Below are positions 26,517 through 35,652 of a stretch of DNA of 62,629 bases, piece after piece. The DNA is from Saprospiraceae bacterium. Lineage in GTDB: Bacteria; Bacteroidota; Bacteroidia; Chitinophagales; Saprospiraceae. The notes beneath the pieces are model-generated. The model made no database searches, was not told the DNA's origin, and saw only the letters and a list, made by a program, of their open reading frames with translations. The position numbers and the translations under genes were made by a program. How positions within the stretch are numbered: position 1 is the first letter of the stretch; each line of letters opens with the position of its first letter. The stretch covers positions 1 to 62,629 of the forward strand of contig JAGTVA010000046.1 of NCBI GenBank assembly GCA_018224445.1, in the 5' to 3' direction.

Positions 26517-27932
26517 ATGAGCAATAAAACCAAAGCCTACGACCTGATCGTCATTGGGTCCGGACCGGGGGGATATGTAGCCGCCCTCAGAGCAGCACAA
26601 TTGGATATGAAAACCGCATTGATTGAAAAATACCCGACACTGGGTGGTACCTGCCTGAACGTGGGATGCATTCCCTCAAAAGCTTTACTCGATAGTTCCG
26701 AGCATTACCACAACGCCTACAAGAGTTTTTCCGACCACGGAATTGACCTCGAAAAGCTGAAGGTGAATATGCCGCAAATGATTAAAAGAAAAAATGAGGT
26801 GGTTTCACAAACCAGCAAAGGGGTGGATTTTTTAATGAAAAAAAACAAGGTCGATGTATTTTACGGGCTCGGATCTTTTGTGGACAAGCACAAAGTAAAA
26901 GTGGTTTCTGAAAAGGAAGAGCATTTGCTCGAGGCAGAAAAAATTATAATTGCCACAGGCTCTAAACCCCACATGCCCTCGTCTTTTAACTACGATAAAA
27001 AACGTGTGATCAGTTCCACAGAAGCCCTGAATATTAAAGAAGTGCCTAACAAAATGGTTGTCGTTGGAGGGGGTGTAATTGGTTTGGAACTCGGATCTGT
27101 TTTTGCCCGCCTTGGAACAGAGGTCACCGTCATTGAGTATATGGACAGGATATTGTCCGGAATGGATACAGACTGCAGTAAAGAACTGATGAAGTCTCTA
27201 AAAAAATTAGGGATAAAATTTCATCTCAGTCACGGAGTTGAAGAAGTAAAGGTGTCCAAAAATAAAGTAAAAGTTGGCTATAAAAAGAAAAATACCGACG
27301 ATATTCAGAATATTGAGGCGGACTATTGCCTGGTCTCCATCGGCCGCCGTCCCTTTACCGAAGGGGTTAATCTCGATAATGCAGGACTGGCTACCGACGA
27401 TAAAGGGCGCATTCCCGTTAATGAAAATCTTCAAACTTCTGTTCCTCATATATACGCCATTGGCGACGTTATTCGCGGAGCTATGCTCGCTCACAAAGCA
27501 GAGGAAGAAGGTGTTTTTGTAGCCGAACATATCTCAGGGCAAAAGCCTCATATCGATTACAACCTCATTCCCTCGGTAGTGTATACCTGGCCTGAATTTG
27601 CTGCAGTAGGCGAATCCGAAGAAGAATTAAAATCCAGGGAAGTCGAATACAAAGTGGGTAAATTTCCCTTTAAAGCGCTTGGACGCAGTAGAGCCAGCGG
27701 AGATACTGAGGGAATAGTGAAAATTATTGCAGACAAAAAAACGGATGAAGTGTTGGGAGTACACATCGTAGGCCCGCGTGCAGCTGATCTGATTGCCCAG
27801 TCTGTCGCAGTAATGGAATTCAGAGGTTCAGCTGAGGATATCGCCCGAATGAGCCACGCCCATCCGACCTATGCAGAAGCCGTTAAAGAAGCTGCGTTGG
27901 CTGCAACCGACAACAGAGCATTGCATATTTAA
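26517..27932 (+). CDS. lpdA: Dihydrolipoyl dehydrogenase (E3)
   Basis: IVIGSGPGGYVAA FAD motif, redox-active GGTCLNVGCIPSK, and C-terminal HAHPTYAEA interface motif. Confidence 0.9.
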   Translation: MSNKTKAYDLIVIGSGPGGYVAALRAAQLDMKTALIEKYPTLGGTCLNVGCIPSKALLDSSEHYHNAYKSFSDHGIDLEKLKVNMPQMIKRKNEVVSQTSKGVDFLMKKNKVDVFYGLGSFVDKHKVKVVSEKEEHLLEAEKIIIATGSKPHMPSSFNYDKKRVISSTEALNIKEVPNKMVVVGGGVIGLELGSVFARLGTEVTVIEYMDRILSGMDTDCSKELMKSLKKLGIKFHLSHGVEEVKVSKNKVKVGYKKKNTDDIQNIEADYCLVSIGRRPFTEGVNLDNAGLATDDKGRIPVNENLQTSVPHIYAIGDVIRGAMLAHKAEEEGVFVAEHISGQKPHIDYNLIPSVVYTWPEFAAVGESEEELKSREVEYKVGKFPFKALGRSRASGDTEGIVKIIADKKTDEVLGVHIVGPRAADLIAQSVAVMEFRGSAEDIARMSHAHPTYAEAVKEAALAATDNRALHI

Positions 27933-27949
27933 AAGCAGCTAAAACGGTA

Positions 27950-29260
27950 TTGAAGGTGAGGGAAATACTTTTTATAGGTAAAAAAATAATTAATAACAAA
28001 GGGGGTTTTACTCACACCATACTCAATGTAGGAATAACCAGTCTTTCCCTTTGCCTGGCCGTAATTATCGTTTCTACTTGTATGGTTACGGGTTTTAAAT
28101 CCGAGATCAGAAACAAGGTTTTTGGATTTTGGGGACATATACACGTGACTCATACCGGTTCCTGGAGGTCTGTCGAAACCTTACCTATAGAAAAAAACAG
28201 GGATTTTGTAGCTCACCTTGACACTCTTAAAGGTTTGAGTTACGAAAGTCCAATGGTGCTTCCATTTACCGATATTGGCATAGGGTCATATCAACGGTTA
28301 AAACACACACGTGGGGGCGTAAAACAAATCCACTCCTTTGTAAATCAGGCGGCCATCCTTTCTACTGCCGATGATTTTGAAGGGATTATTTTGAAGGGGA
28401 TTGGACCGGATTTCGATTGGGATTATATGTCGGAATACCTAAGACAGGGAGAAATTTTGGAATTCAGTGACAGTCTTGCAGAAAGAGCTATAATAGTTTC
28501 TGACCAGACTGCACAGCGCCTCCGATTGGAGGTAGGCGATCCCATCATTATCAATTTTATTATTGAAAATCAGCAGAGAAGAAGAAGGGTAGAGGTGAAG
28601 GGTATATACAAAACCGGCCTGGAGGAGTACGACCGCAGATTTGCCCTGGTGGATCAGTTGCTCATTCAACAAATATTGGGTTGGGATAAAAACAAAGTGA
28701 GCGGATTTGAAATATTTCTGGATTACGTATCGGATATCGAATATTTCAACGAATATATTTACCTGGATCTACTGCCGGCCGAATTGACATCGGAACCCAT
28801 TACCAGAAGATTTCCCGTCATATTCGAGTGGCTTGAACTGCAGGATATCAACGAAAAAGTAATTCTAATTCTGATGCTAATAGTGGGAATCATTACGATG
28901 ACCACCAGTTTGTTGATCTTGATTCTCGATCGAACGCGGATGATTGGAGTTTTGAAATCCGTAGGTGCGACCAATCAATTCATAAGGAATATATTTCTAT
29001 ACTACGCACTTCACCTGATTTTTAAAGGGGTATTTATTGGAAATGCAGTGGGTTTGGGGCTAGCTTATATCCAATATCAATTTGAAATCATCAAACTCAA
29101 TGAGGCAGACTATTATTTAGATGTGGCTCCTGTGCACTTTCCATGGGATCAAATCCTCTTGTTGAATTTTGTTTTTGTGGGTATCATTATGCTCATTTTA
29201 ATGATCCCGGCCTCAGTGATTTCAAAAGTGGACCCTGTCAAAGTATTGAGGTTTAAATAG
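27950..29260 (+). CDS. FtsX-like ABC transporter permease (LolC/LolE-like)
   Basis: N-terminal TM, large periplasmic loop, then three C-terminal TMs. Includes RMIGVLKSVGATNQFIRNIF (FtsX-domain motif). Non-ATG start (TTG 27950 or GTG 27956). Confidence 0.75.
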   Translation: MKVREILFIGKKIINNKGGFTHTILNVGITSLSLCLAVIIVSTCMVTGFKSEIRNKVFGFWGHIHVTHTGSWRSVETLPIEKNRDFVAHLDTLKGLSYESPMVLPFTDIGIGSYQRLKHTRGGVKQIHSFVNQAAILSTADDFEGIILKGIGPDFDWDYMSEYLRQGEILEFSDSLAERAIIVSDQTAQRLRLEVGDPIIINFIIENQQRRRRVEVKGIYKTGLEEYDRRFALVDQLLIQQILGWDKNKVSGFEIFLDYVSDIEYFNEYIYLDLLPAELTSEPITRRFPVIFEWLELQDINEKVILILMLIVGIITMTTSLLILILDRTRMIGVLKSVGATNQFIRNIFLYYALHLIFKGVFIGNAVGLGLAYIQYQFEIIKLNEADYYLDVAPVHFPWDQILLLNFVFVGIIMLILMIPASVISKVDPVKVLRFK

Positions 29261-29271
29261 TAAAAATAAAC

Positions 29272-29763
29272 CTAGTCACAAATCAAGACAATGGGCCCGG
29301 CCTTAACAGTATTGCTTCTTTTTCCGTCCTCGTCGAAAAGATAGAGGTCGTAATACAGGGAATCGGTGCGAATGGGTATTGCCGGAGTACATGGGGGTTG
29401 CCCCGACTCGTATATACAGCAAATATCACCCCTTAGAATGTTGGCATGGAGTCTCATGGTTCCCTTTATTCCATTGCCGGATCCCTCTGTGGGGATATCC
29501 GGACTGGCAAAAGCAAATGCGATGGTGCTGTCGCGCAAATCCATCAAAAAAACATTGGCTTCCTGATCTACCGGTCTCAGGTTGCCATCGCCATCCTCAA
29601 AGTAAATGACAAACACCACAGAGTCCATCTGACTGGATTGGGCCACCGTATTATTCTCCATTTCGACAAATTCAATGTCGGGTTTATCCGGAAACCCCGG
29701 AGAATTGGCACATGAATACACAAGGGCAGTGAAGAATAGCATTAGTAAAACATATCGGTTCAT
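29272..29763 (-). CDS. Small lipoprotein, function unknown
   Basis: ATG at 29763 gives MNRYVLLMLFFTALVYSC, a lipobox-like signal. No recognised domain. Confidence 0.5.
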   Translation of the reverse strand: MNRYVLLMLFFTALVYSCANSPGFPDKPDIEFVEMENNTVAQSSQMDSVVFVIYFEDGDGNLRPVDQEANVFLMDLRDSTIAFAFASPDIPTEGSGNGIKGTMRLHANILRGDICCIYESGQPPCTPAIPIRTDSLYYDLYLFDEDGKRSNTVKAGPIVLICD

Positions 29764-29939
29764 GTCGTTCGAAAATTTTCTTTTTACCGCTGGCACATTC
29801 TATTCTATAATAAACTGAATATCCAGGAATAAAATCAATTGGTCAAAGACTATTTATATTACCTAAACGATAAAATCTTTGGTATGGGGTTGAATAGTAT
29901 GTATTTTTAATAAATATTTGCACTCTATTGTTCCATACC

Positions 29940-30962
29940 ATGACGAAAGATTTCCATTTAGAGAGAAATGAAGTAATGCGTTCGGTAAAATTGCTACTTG
30001 AAAACAAGTGCGACAACTTTAATGAATGCGCTCTGAAAGTATTTAACTTTCAATCAAGATACAATCCGTTGTACGTTGAATTTATTGAGTTACTTCAAGC
30101 GAATTTAAGTGTTATAGATCACTACTCCAAAATTCCTTGTATGCCGGTTGATTTTTTTAAACACCGTATTATAAAGGCCGGAAAGTGGAATGAAAAAATG
30201 GTGTTTAAGAGCAGTGGCACTACCGGACAAAAACGATCACATCACTATGTAAATTCCCCTAAATGGTACAGCGAAGTTTGTGTCAATACCTTCGAATCAA
30301 TTTACGGTCCAATGGAAGATTATCAATGGATTGGGTTATTGCCCAATTATATCCAACAGAAAGACTCTTCCCTGGTATATATGGTATCGGAATTCATAAA
30401 TAGATCCGAGAATTCCAAATGCTGTGGCTTGTTTTCAGGAATTGATGAATCATTTAAAAAGGTATTGAATTGCGCTGTTGAAAGCGACAAAAAAACAGTT
30501 TTGATAGGAGTGAGTTTTGCGCTTTTAGATCTCGCAGAAATCAGGGAGTGCTTACTCACTGATAATTTTATTGTGATGGAAACAGGAGGGATGAAAGGGA
30601 GGCGCAGGGAAATGACCCGTTTGGAATTGCACCGGACGCTATCGGAATCCCTGGGCCTCGATAGAATTCATTCTGAATACGGCATGACGGAAATTTTTTC
30701 TCAGGCCTACTCTGAAGGAAATGGTTTGTTCAGTCCGGGGCCTTTAATGAGGGTAATTACCAGAGAAATTAACGATCCACTCTCTCTGGAAAAAATGGGA
30801 AAGGCAGGCGGTATTAATATAATTGATTTAGCCAATTACGATACCCTGCCGTTTATTTCCACTATGGATATTGGTGTGTTGCGGGAAAACAATCAATTCG
30901 AAGTTATGGGCCGCTTGGACGGTTCTGAAATGAGGGGGTGTAATCTCATGTACTTTTCTTAG
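29940..30962 (+). CDS. LuxE/PaaK-like acyl-protein synthetase (adenylate-forming) family protein
   Basis: FKSSGTTGQKRSHHYV matches the SSGTTG nucleotide-binding motif of LuxE-type acyl-protein synthetases. ATG at 29940 (the ORF opens at TTG 29928). Confidence 0.6.
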   Translation: MTKDFHLERNEVMRSVKLLLENKCDNFNECALKVFNFQSRYNPLYVEFIELLQANLSVIDHYSKIPCMPVDFFKHRIIKAGKWNEKMVFKSSGTTGQKRSHHYVNSPKWYSEVCVNTFESIYGPMEDYQWIGLLPNYIQQKDSSLVYMVSEFINRSENSKCCGLFSGIDESFKKVLNCAVESDKKTVLIGVSFALLDLAEIRECLLTDNFIVMETGGMKGRRREMTRLELHRTLSESLGLDRIHSEYGMTEIFSQAYSEGNGLFSPGPLMRVITREINDPLSLEKMGKAGGINIIDLANYDTLPFISTMDIGVLRENNQFEVMGRLDGSEMRGCNLMYFS

Positions 30963-30965
30963 GAT

Positions 30966-32138
30966 TTAGGGTGCAAAACCAGACAATCCTTCAAACATCC
31001 ATTTGGCCAAAATATCCCTGTTGGAGGGTAGTATAATTCTCTTTTGATCGATGGGATTTTGGATATTGGCCAGTTCTACGAAAACAGCAGGTGGGGTAGT
31101 TTTTCTGAGAATGTATAAATTTCGGGCAGAGACCGTTCCACTATAGCTTCCATCCTTTCGGTGAATTCTATATTTTTCGTTAAAAGTGGAGTGAAGATTT
31201 TTGGCAACTTTTCGACCCGTATTGCTGCGATTGTAATAGTAAAAAAAAACATCTTGTTGTTGGTGATTTCCACGGGAATCAATGTGAATCGAAACCACAA
31301 GGTGGTCTTTTTTTCCTCTGTTGCGCTGCTCGCGGTATAGCTGATTGATAATATTGGCTCTCTCTGTCAGTCTGCTCAATTGATTGATGGGAATTCTCCT
31401 TCTGCCGTAATGCCTTTCTGTATTGTCACACAATAGAATCTGATCGTCCCTGATGCCGTCGTAGGGATCTTCCACAATTAATAAAACCGTCGCGCCGTGC
31501 GATTTTAAATACCTCGCCAATCTCAAAGTGACATCATAGGCGTATTCGTCTTCGCATATCGTATTTCCATTGTAGGTTCCCATGGCTCCTGGATCGGGCC
31601 CCCCGTGGCCACTTTTTAAATAAAACACTTTGTCCTGCAATCGATTACTCTTAATCAACACCTCTGCGTAATTTTCTCCAAACAATGGAAAATTTAATGT
31701 CTTTACAGAAGCGGCAACCGCAGTTGCTTCATGGTGGTAACAATTATAGAGATGGTGAGGAACCCAGAGTTCACCCCCTTTTCGATAATCTTCCTTCAAA
31801 TTCCCCCTGGAGTGTTGATTGTCATTGTACCGCTGAATGGCCACTGCCTGATCCCAATTGTCAATTCCTACAGTAGTTCGAATACTTTTACCGTCGTAAT
31901 TATACACTTTAATAGGCAATTTGTAATTACGGCCTTTTATCAGTGGAGATTCGTGATATAAATTATTCAGTGCGTAAAATTCATCGTAATTGCATTTTTC
32001 GGTGTGCAGTCCGTATCTCTGCAAAAGTGTGATGATTCCATCTCCATTTTTGGCTACCGTCTGATACTGAGTCACGACGTTGCCGTAATGAATATTTAAA
32101 CCGCAAAACATAAGTAAAAGAGGTAGTAAATAACGCAT
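30966..32138 (-). CDS. N-acetylmuramoyl-L-alanine amidase (Amidase_3 family) with an N-terminal extension
   Basis: LKSGHGGPDPGA (Zn-binding His), VSIHIDS, and FVELANIQN (Glu) motifs. Signal peptide MRYLLPLLLMFCGL. Confidence 0.8.
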   Translation of the reverse strand: MRYLLPLLLMFCGLNIHYGNVVTQYQTVAKNGDGIITLLQRYGLHTEKCNYDEFYALNNLYHESPLIKGRNYKLPIKVYNYDGKSIRTTVGIDNWDQAVAIQRYNDNQHSRGNLKEDYRKGGELWVPHHLYNCYHHEATAVAASVKTLNFPLFGENYAEVLIKSNRLQDKVFYLKSGHGGPDPGAMGTYNGNTICEDEYAYDVTLRLARYLKSHGATVLLIVEDPYDGIRDDQILLCDNTERHYGRRRIPINQLSRLTERANIINQLYREQRNRGKKDHLVVSIHIDSRGNHQQQDVFFYYYNRSNTGRKVAKNLHSTFNEKYRIHRKDGSYSGTVSARNLYILRKTTPPAVFVELANIQNPIDQKRIILPSNRDILAKWMFEGLSGFAP

Positions 32139-32395
32139 TACAAAATGATTTTGGAACTAAGATAGCTCAAATTAATTACAAATTAAATAAATATTTAATA
32201 TATAAACAAGTATTTTACAATAAATTTAAACCAAGTTAAAGTATATTTTTAAATAAATATGTATTTAAAAAAGATCCCTTCTTACAGTGGGAAATTTCAA
32301 ATATGTAAAGTAGTTGGAATCAACGAGGAAGAAAGCCCATTGAAAGTTTTTATTAAAAAGTTAAAATATCGGATGAATTCAAATACCTGAGGCCG

Positions 32396-33667
32396 TTAAA
32401 ACAATCCCAATCTAAAAAGCAAATACAACAATGCAAACAGGGCCAAACATACAAAGCACAGGAAAGAGAAAACACGATAGTGTTTATTGGGTTTATCTGC
32501 ATCCGGCATTTGAGGCCCGGTCACCAATTTGTAATTAAACCACGCTAATATGGGTGCAGATAAAAACGAAAGGCCTGCAGCGAAGTCAATGAGCAGGGTA
32601 AAGGAACCGGTGAGAAAGAAAAGTATAGAAAGTGATATTACGGGTATAGACAAAAGGGATAGATTATAAATTCTTTTTTTCGCGTAACTCTGAGGCCAAT
32701 TTTTATTTTTTCTTACATCGTGAAGATTGGAAAATACCCTGGGATAGGCATCTGTAACTGCGAGGGTGGTGCTGACCATTGCGGTGAATGCAGCGATGGA
32801 AACGATGGATTCGCTCCATACACCCAGCGTTTTCCCGTACAATTCAACCAATTGACTTGAAAATGTTACACTGTTGCTGGAAAAAGAGGTCTCAGTACCG
32901 AACATAATAAGTGCACCGAGGAGGAAAAACAGAAGTCCTAATCCTGCAGCGATGAAATAGCCCGAATTAAAGTCAAACAGAGCTTCTCTCATACTGGCGC
33001 GATGGTCGTTTTGCCTTGACTTTTCCTTCATCCAAATGGAATGCCAAACGGCTGAATCTATGGGGATGGGCATCCATCCAATAAAAGCAATGATAAAAGC
33101 CAAACCCGCTGTATTCCAATATGAAGGCGGGGTGATCTTTGCGACATCCCCGGCAGCACCTGTTCCCAAAGCCAATAAAACAGCTACGAGAGTCCCGAGC
33201 GACAATACCGAAATGATAATTTTCATAGTGAGGTCCAGTCCCCGGTATCTTCCAACCATCAAAAGAAAAACACAACTGCCTAGAATGACGACACTCCAGG
33301 TGAAGTGGTTCCACCCCAGTTTAAACAACTGCTCTGCCAGACCTGCAGTAACAATGGTGACAGCGGCCTGGACAATAAACATGGTTCCCACAGTAATAAA
33401 AACAAAAGCACAATAGGGGAATTTTCCCAATTTCCAATACCCTGCAATCAAGTTATCACCCGTAGCAGCAGTAAACCGAGGGCCAAATTCCAAAAATGGA
33501 TATTTGGTGACACATGCAAAAACCAATATCCACCAAAGATCAAATCCGTAATCCGCTCCCGCCCGGGTGGCCTGAACCAAATGAGACACCCCAATTGCAG
33601 CTCCGGCAAGCAATAAGCCCGGGCCCAGCGTCTTGCGAATGGAAATACCATTTCTGGGTTTAATCAT
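32396..33667 (-). CDS. NRAMP-family divalent metal cation transporter
   Basis: GPGLLLAGAAIGVSHLVQATRAGADYGF N-terminal motif; about 11 TM segments. Confidence 0.75.
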   Translation of the reverse strand: MIKPRNGISIRKTLGPGLLLAGAAIGVSHLVQATRAGADYGFDLWWILVFACVTKYPFLEFGPRFTAATGDNLIAGYWKLGKFPYCAFVFITVGTMFIVQAAVTIVTAGLAEQLFKLGWNHFTWSVVILGSCVFLLMVGRYRGLDLTMKIIISVLSLGTLVAVLLALGTGAAGDVAKITPPSYWNTAGLAFIIAFIGWMPIPIDSAVWHSIWMKEKSRQNDHRASMREALFDFNSGYFIAAGLGLLFFLLGALIMFGTETSFSSNSVTFSSQLVELYGKTLGVWSESIVSIAAFTAMVSTTLAVTDAYPRVFSNLHDVRKNKNWPQSYAKKRIYNLSLLSIPVISLSILFFLTGSFTLLIDFAAGLSFLSAPILAWFNYKLVTGPQMPDADKPNKHYRVFSFLCFVCLALFALLYLLFRLGLF

Positions 33668-33694
33668 AACTGTGGATTTGAATTATTCAGCACG

Positions 33695-33702
33695 CAAAGC
33701 TA
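33695..33702 (-). promoter_or_regulatory. Candidate -7 promoter box on the minus strand (TAgcTTTG) for the NRAMP gene
   Basis: Plus-strand caaagcta, 28 nt upstream of the start at 33667. Confidence 0.4.
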
Positions 33703-33879
33703 TAAAATAATTTTTTGTAAAAACATTCTTTTTGTTCTGATAGGGTATTGTCGGAAAGGATACTTTTCTTCCCCAATAAAAACTCTTTTTCAAAAACAGC
33801 TTGAAAAATAGATTATTTATTTTCTTTGTGTATACTCTGATGTGGAGTGTTTTATCATTGCATGTAAAAAAAAATTAAA

Positions 33880-34227
33880 ATGAATTTTACCATTTACCAC
33901 AATCCCAGATGTAAAAAAAGCAGGGAAACCTTGCAAATATTGCGCGATGAAGGTATTGATCCGGAAGTGGTGGAGTACTTGAAAACTCCGCTGGACACAA
34001 AGGAACTCTCGGGCCTTTGCACAAAATTGAATATCAACCCCAATCAGTTGCTGAGGAAATCTGAAAAGATTTATAAAGAAAATTTCGGAAAAAAGGAGTT
34101 GTCCGATTCAGAGGCAATTCAGGCTATGGTTGATTTCCCAAAACTAATGGAAAGGCCAGTGGTTGTCTCGGGAAACAAGGCAGTGGTGGGCAGGCCTCCT
34201 GAGAATGTAAAAGACCTCCTTTTGTAA
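33880..34227 (+). CDS. ArsC/Spx-family (glutaredoxin-type) arsenate reductase-like protein
   Basis: MNFTIYHNPRCKKSRETLQIL has the catalytic Cys in the HNPxCxKSR context. 115 aa. Unlinked to the ars operon. Confidence 0.75.
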   Translation: MNFTIYHNPRCKKSRETLQILRDEGIDPEVVEYLKTPLDTKELSGLCTKLNINPNQLLRKSEKIYKENFGKKELSDSEAIQAMVDFPKLMERPVVVSGNKAVVGRPPENVKDLLL

Positions 34228-34344
34228 AGTACCTGTATTAAATCGCTCAAGTGCATTTGATTTGAAGTAGGACCTTATTTCTTAACTGCAGTTTAGCGTA
34301 TCTTCCATTTCTTTATTAATTGTTTACTTTATATACTTTAAATT

Positions 34345-35349
34345 ATGTGTGTGCTCATTGGAGGATCTGGTAGTACAGGGAGTTCCCTTTTAAAAAATTT
34401 ACTGAACAACCATTCAAAGATATTTGCAGGGGTGGAGACGTCTTTATTCTGTAAGAAAAAACTATATCAAGATTGGGAATCGCACAAGGGTAGGATTTTT
34501 AAAAAGGGAGTTCAGGCCCTACCTAACCATTCCTTCTTGTATTTAAGGGGAATGGATTTATTGCATTCAGGATTCGGATGGACAGAATCGGAGTTGAGGT
34601 CTGAGGTCAAGGATTCAAAAAGTTTTCCCGAGTTTTGCAATCGCTTTTTCAAGCGACCTCTCTTGACAAATAATGCGCAAATATGGGTCGAAAAAACCCC
34701 TTCCAATGCAGCCTGTTTTAGATATTTTCTCCAGACATTTCCCGTGGGAAAAGTCATCCACATTACCCGAGACCCCTTCGATACATTGAGCTCGCTCCTC
34801 AGACGCGGAATTCCGGAGTACAACGCCCTGTGCATTTATTTACTCAATACTGCGGCTGCCATGAGTTGTGAAAAAGACAGCAGGTATCATCTGGTTAAAT
34901 ACGAGGACCTGGTTATGAAACCTGAATCTACATTGGAAAAAATATGTGGTTTTTTGGAGGTGGATTTCCAACCTGATATGACGAATATGGGTGGTATTGA
35001 AGCGGATTTCACCACCCGCTTAAAAGGTTGGAATTACGACGAGACCGAACCCGTAAAGAAGGGTAGTCTGGGGGCTTTTACCAAGCTACCACCTGAATTG
35101 CAGGCCTTTATTCGGGAAGCTGCTCAGGCAGTAAAGATCAGTACTTACGGTCGGCAAAAGTATCAAACTCATCTGTCTACCATTCAAGAAGTATGTGAAT
35201 CCCTAAATTACGAATATCCGGAGGTATCAATACCTGTACGCAGAGAAGTCCTGGGGAAACTCAGAAAACAGAAACTTAAAGACCAGTGGTTTCGATTGAG
35301 AAAAGCCTGCCCAAATGCCTTTTTATCACCAGTTAAAATTGGATACTGA
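34345..35349 (+). CDS. Sulfotransferase-family protein
   Basis: PAPS 5'-phosphosulfate loop-like GGSGSTGSSLL, EKTPSNA, and 3'-phosphate motif TRDPFDTLSS. Confidence 0.65.
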   Translation: MCVLIGGSGSTGSSLLKNLLNNHSKIFAGVETSLFCKKKLYQDWESHKGRIFKKGVQALPNHSFLYLRGMDLLHSGFGWTESELRSEVKDSKSFPEFCNRFFKRPLLTNNAQIWVEKTPSNAACFRYFLQTFPVGKVIHITRDPFDTLSSLLRRGIPEYNALCIYLLNTAAAMSCEKDSRYHLVKYEDLVMKPESTLEKICGFLEVDFQPDMTNMGGIEADFTTRLKGWNYDETEPVKKGSLGAFTKLPPELQAFIREAAQAVKISTYGRQKYQTHLSTIQEVCESLNYEYPEVSIPVRREVLGKLRKQKLKDQWFRLRKACPNAFLSPVKIGY

Positions 35350-35355
35350 ACGAAT

Positions 35356-35645
35356 GATCTTGCTGAAAGCAGGCAAAGGTAAGGGGGACCATTGAGTGAG
35401 TGAGAGAATGTGTCTGAAAGGTGGAGGTCAAGTGGCCCTCCAAATGAACGAACCTCGAAGAAAGTGAGCCAGTCTACCAGCGGGTGGTTTGCCAACGATC
35501 CTACTTAAAGCAGGCAAAGGTCAGGGGGACCATTGAGTGAGTGAACCGCGAAGCGGTGATATAGGCAGGCAGCCCTGAAGGGGCTGAGTATATAACCTCA
35601 GTGTGTGTATGCCCCTGCCAATTCGAGCCCTGTAAGGGCGATTTA
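35356..35645. repeat. Cluster of GC-rich REP-like elements, including a 48-nt direct repeat 141 bp apart
   Basis: gatcttgctgaaagcaggcaaaggtaagggggaccattgagtgagtga (35356-35403) versus gatcctacttaaagcaggcaaaggtcagggggaccattgagtgagtga (35497-35544). Followed by hairpins cagccc-tgaa-ggggctg and gccct-gta-agggc. Confidence 0.8.
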
Positions 35646-35652
35646 ATATTAC

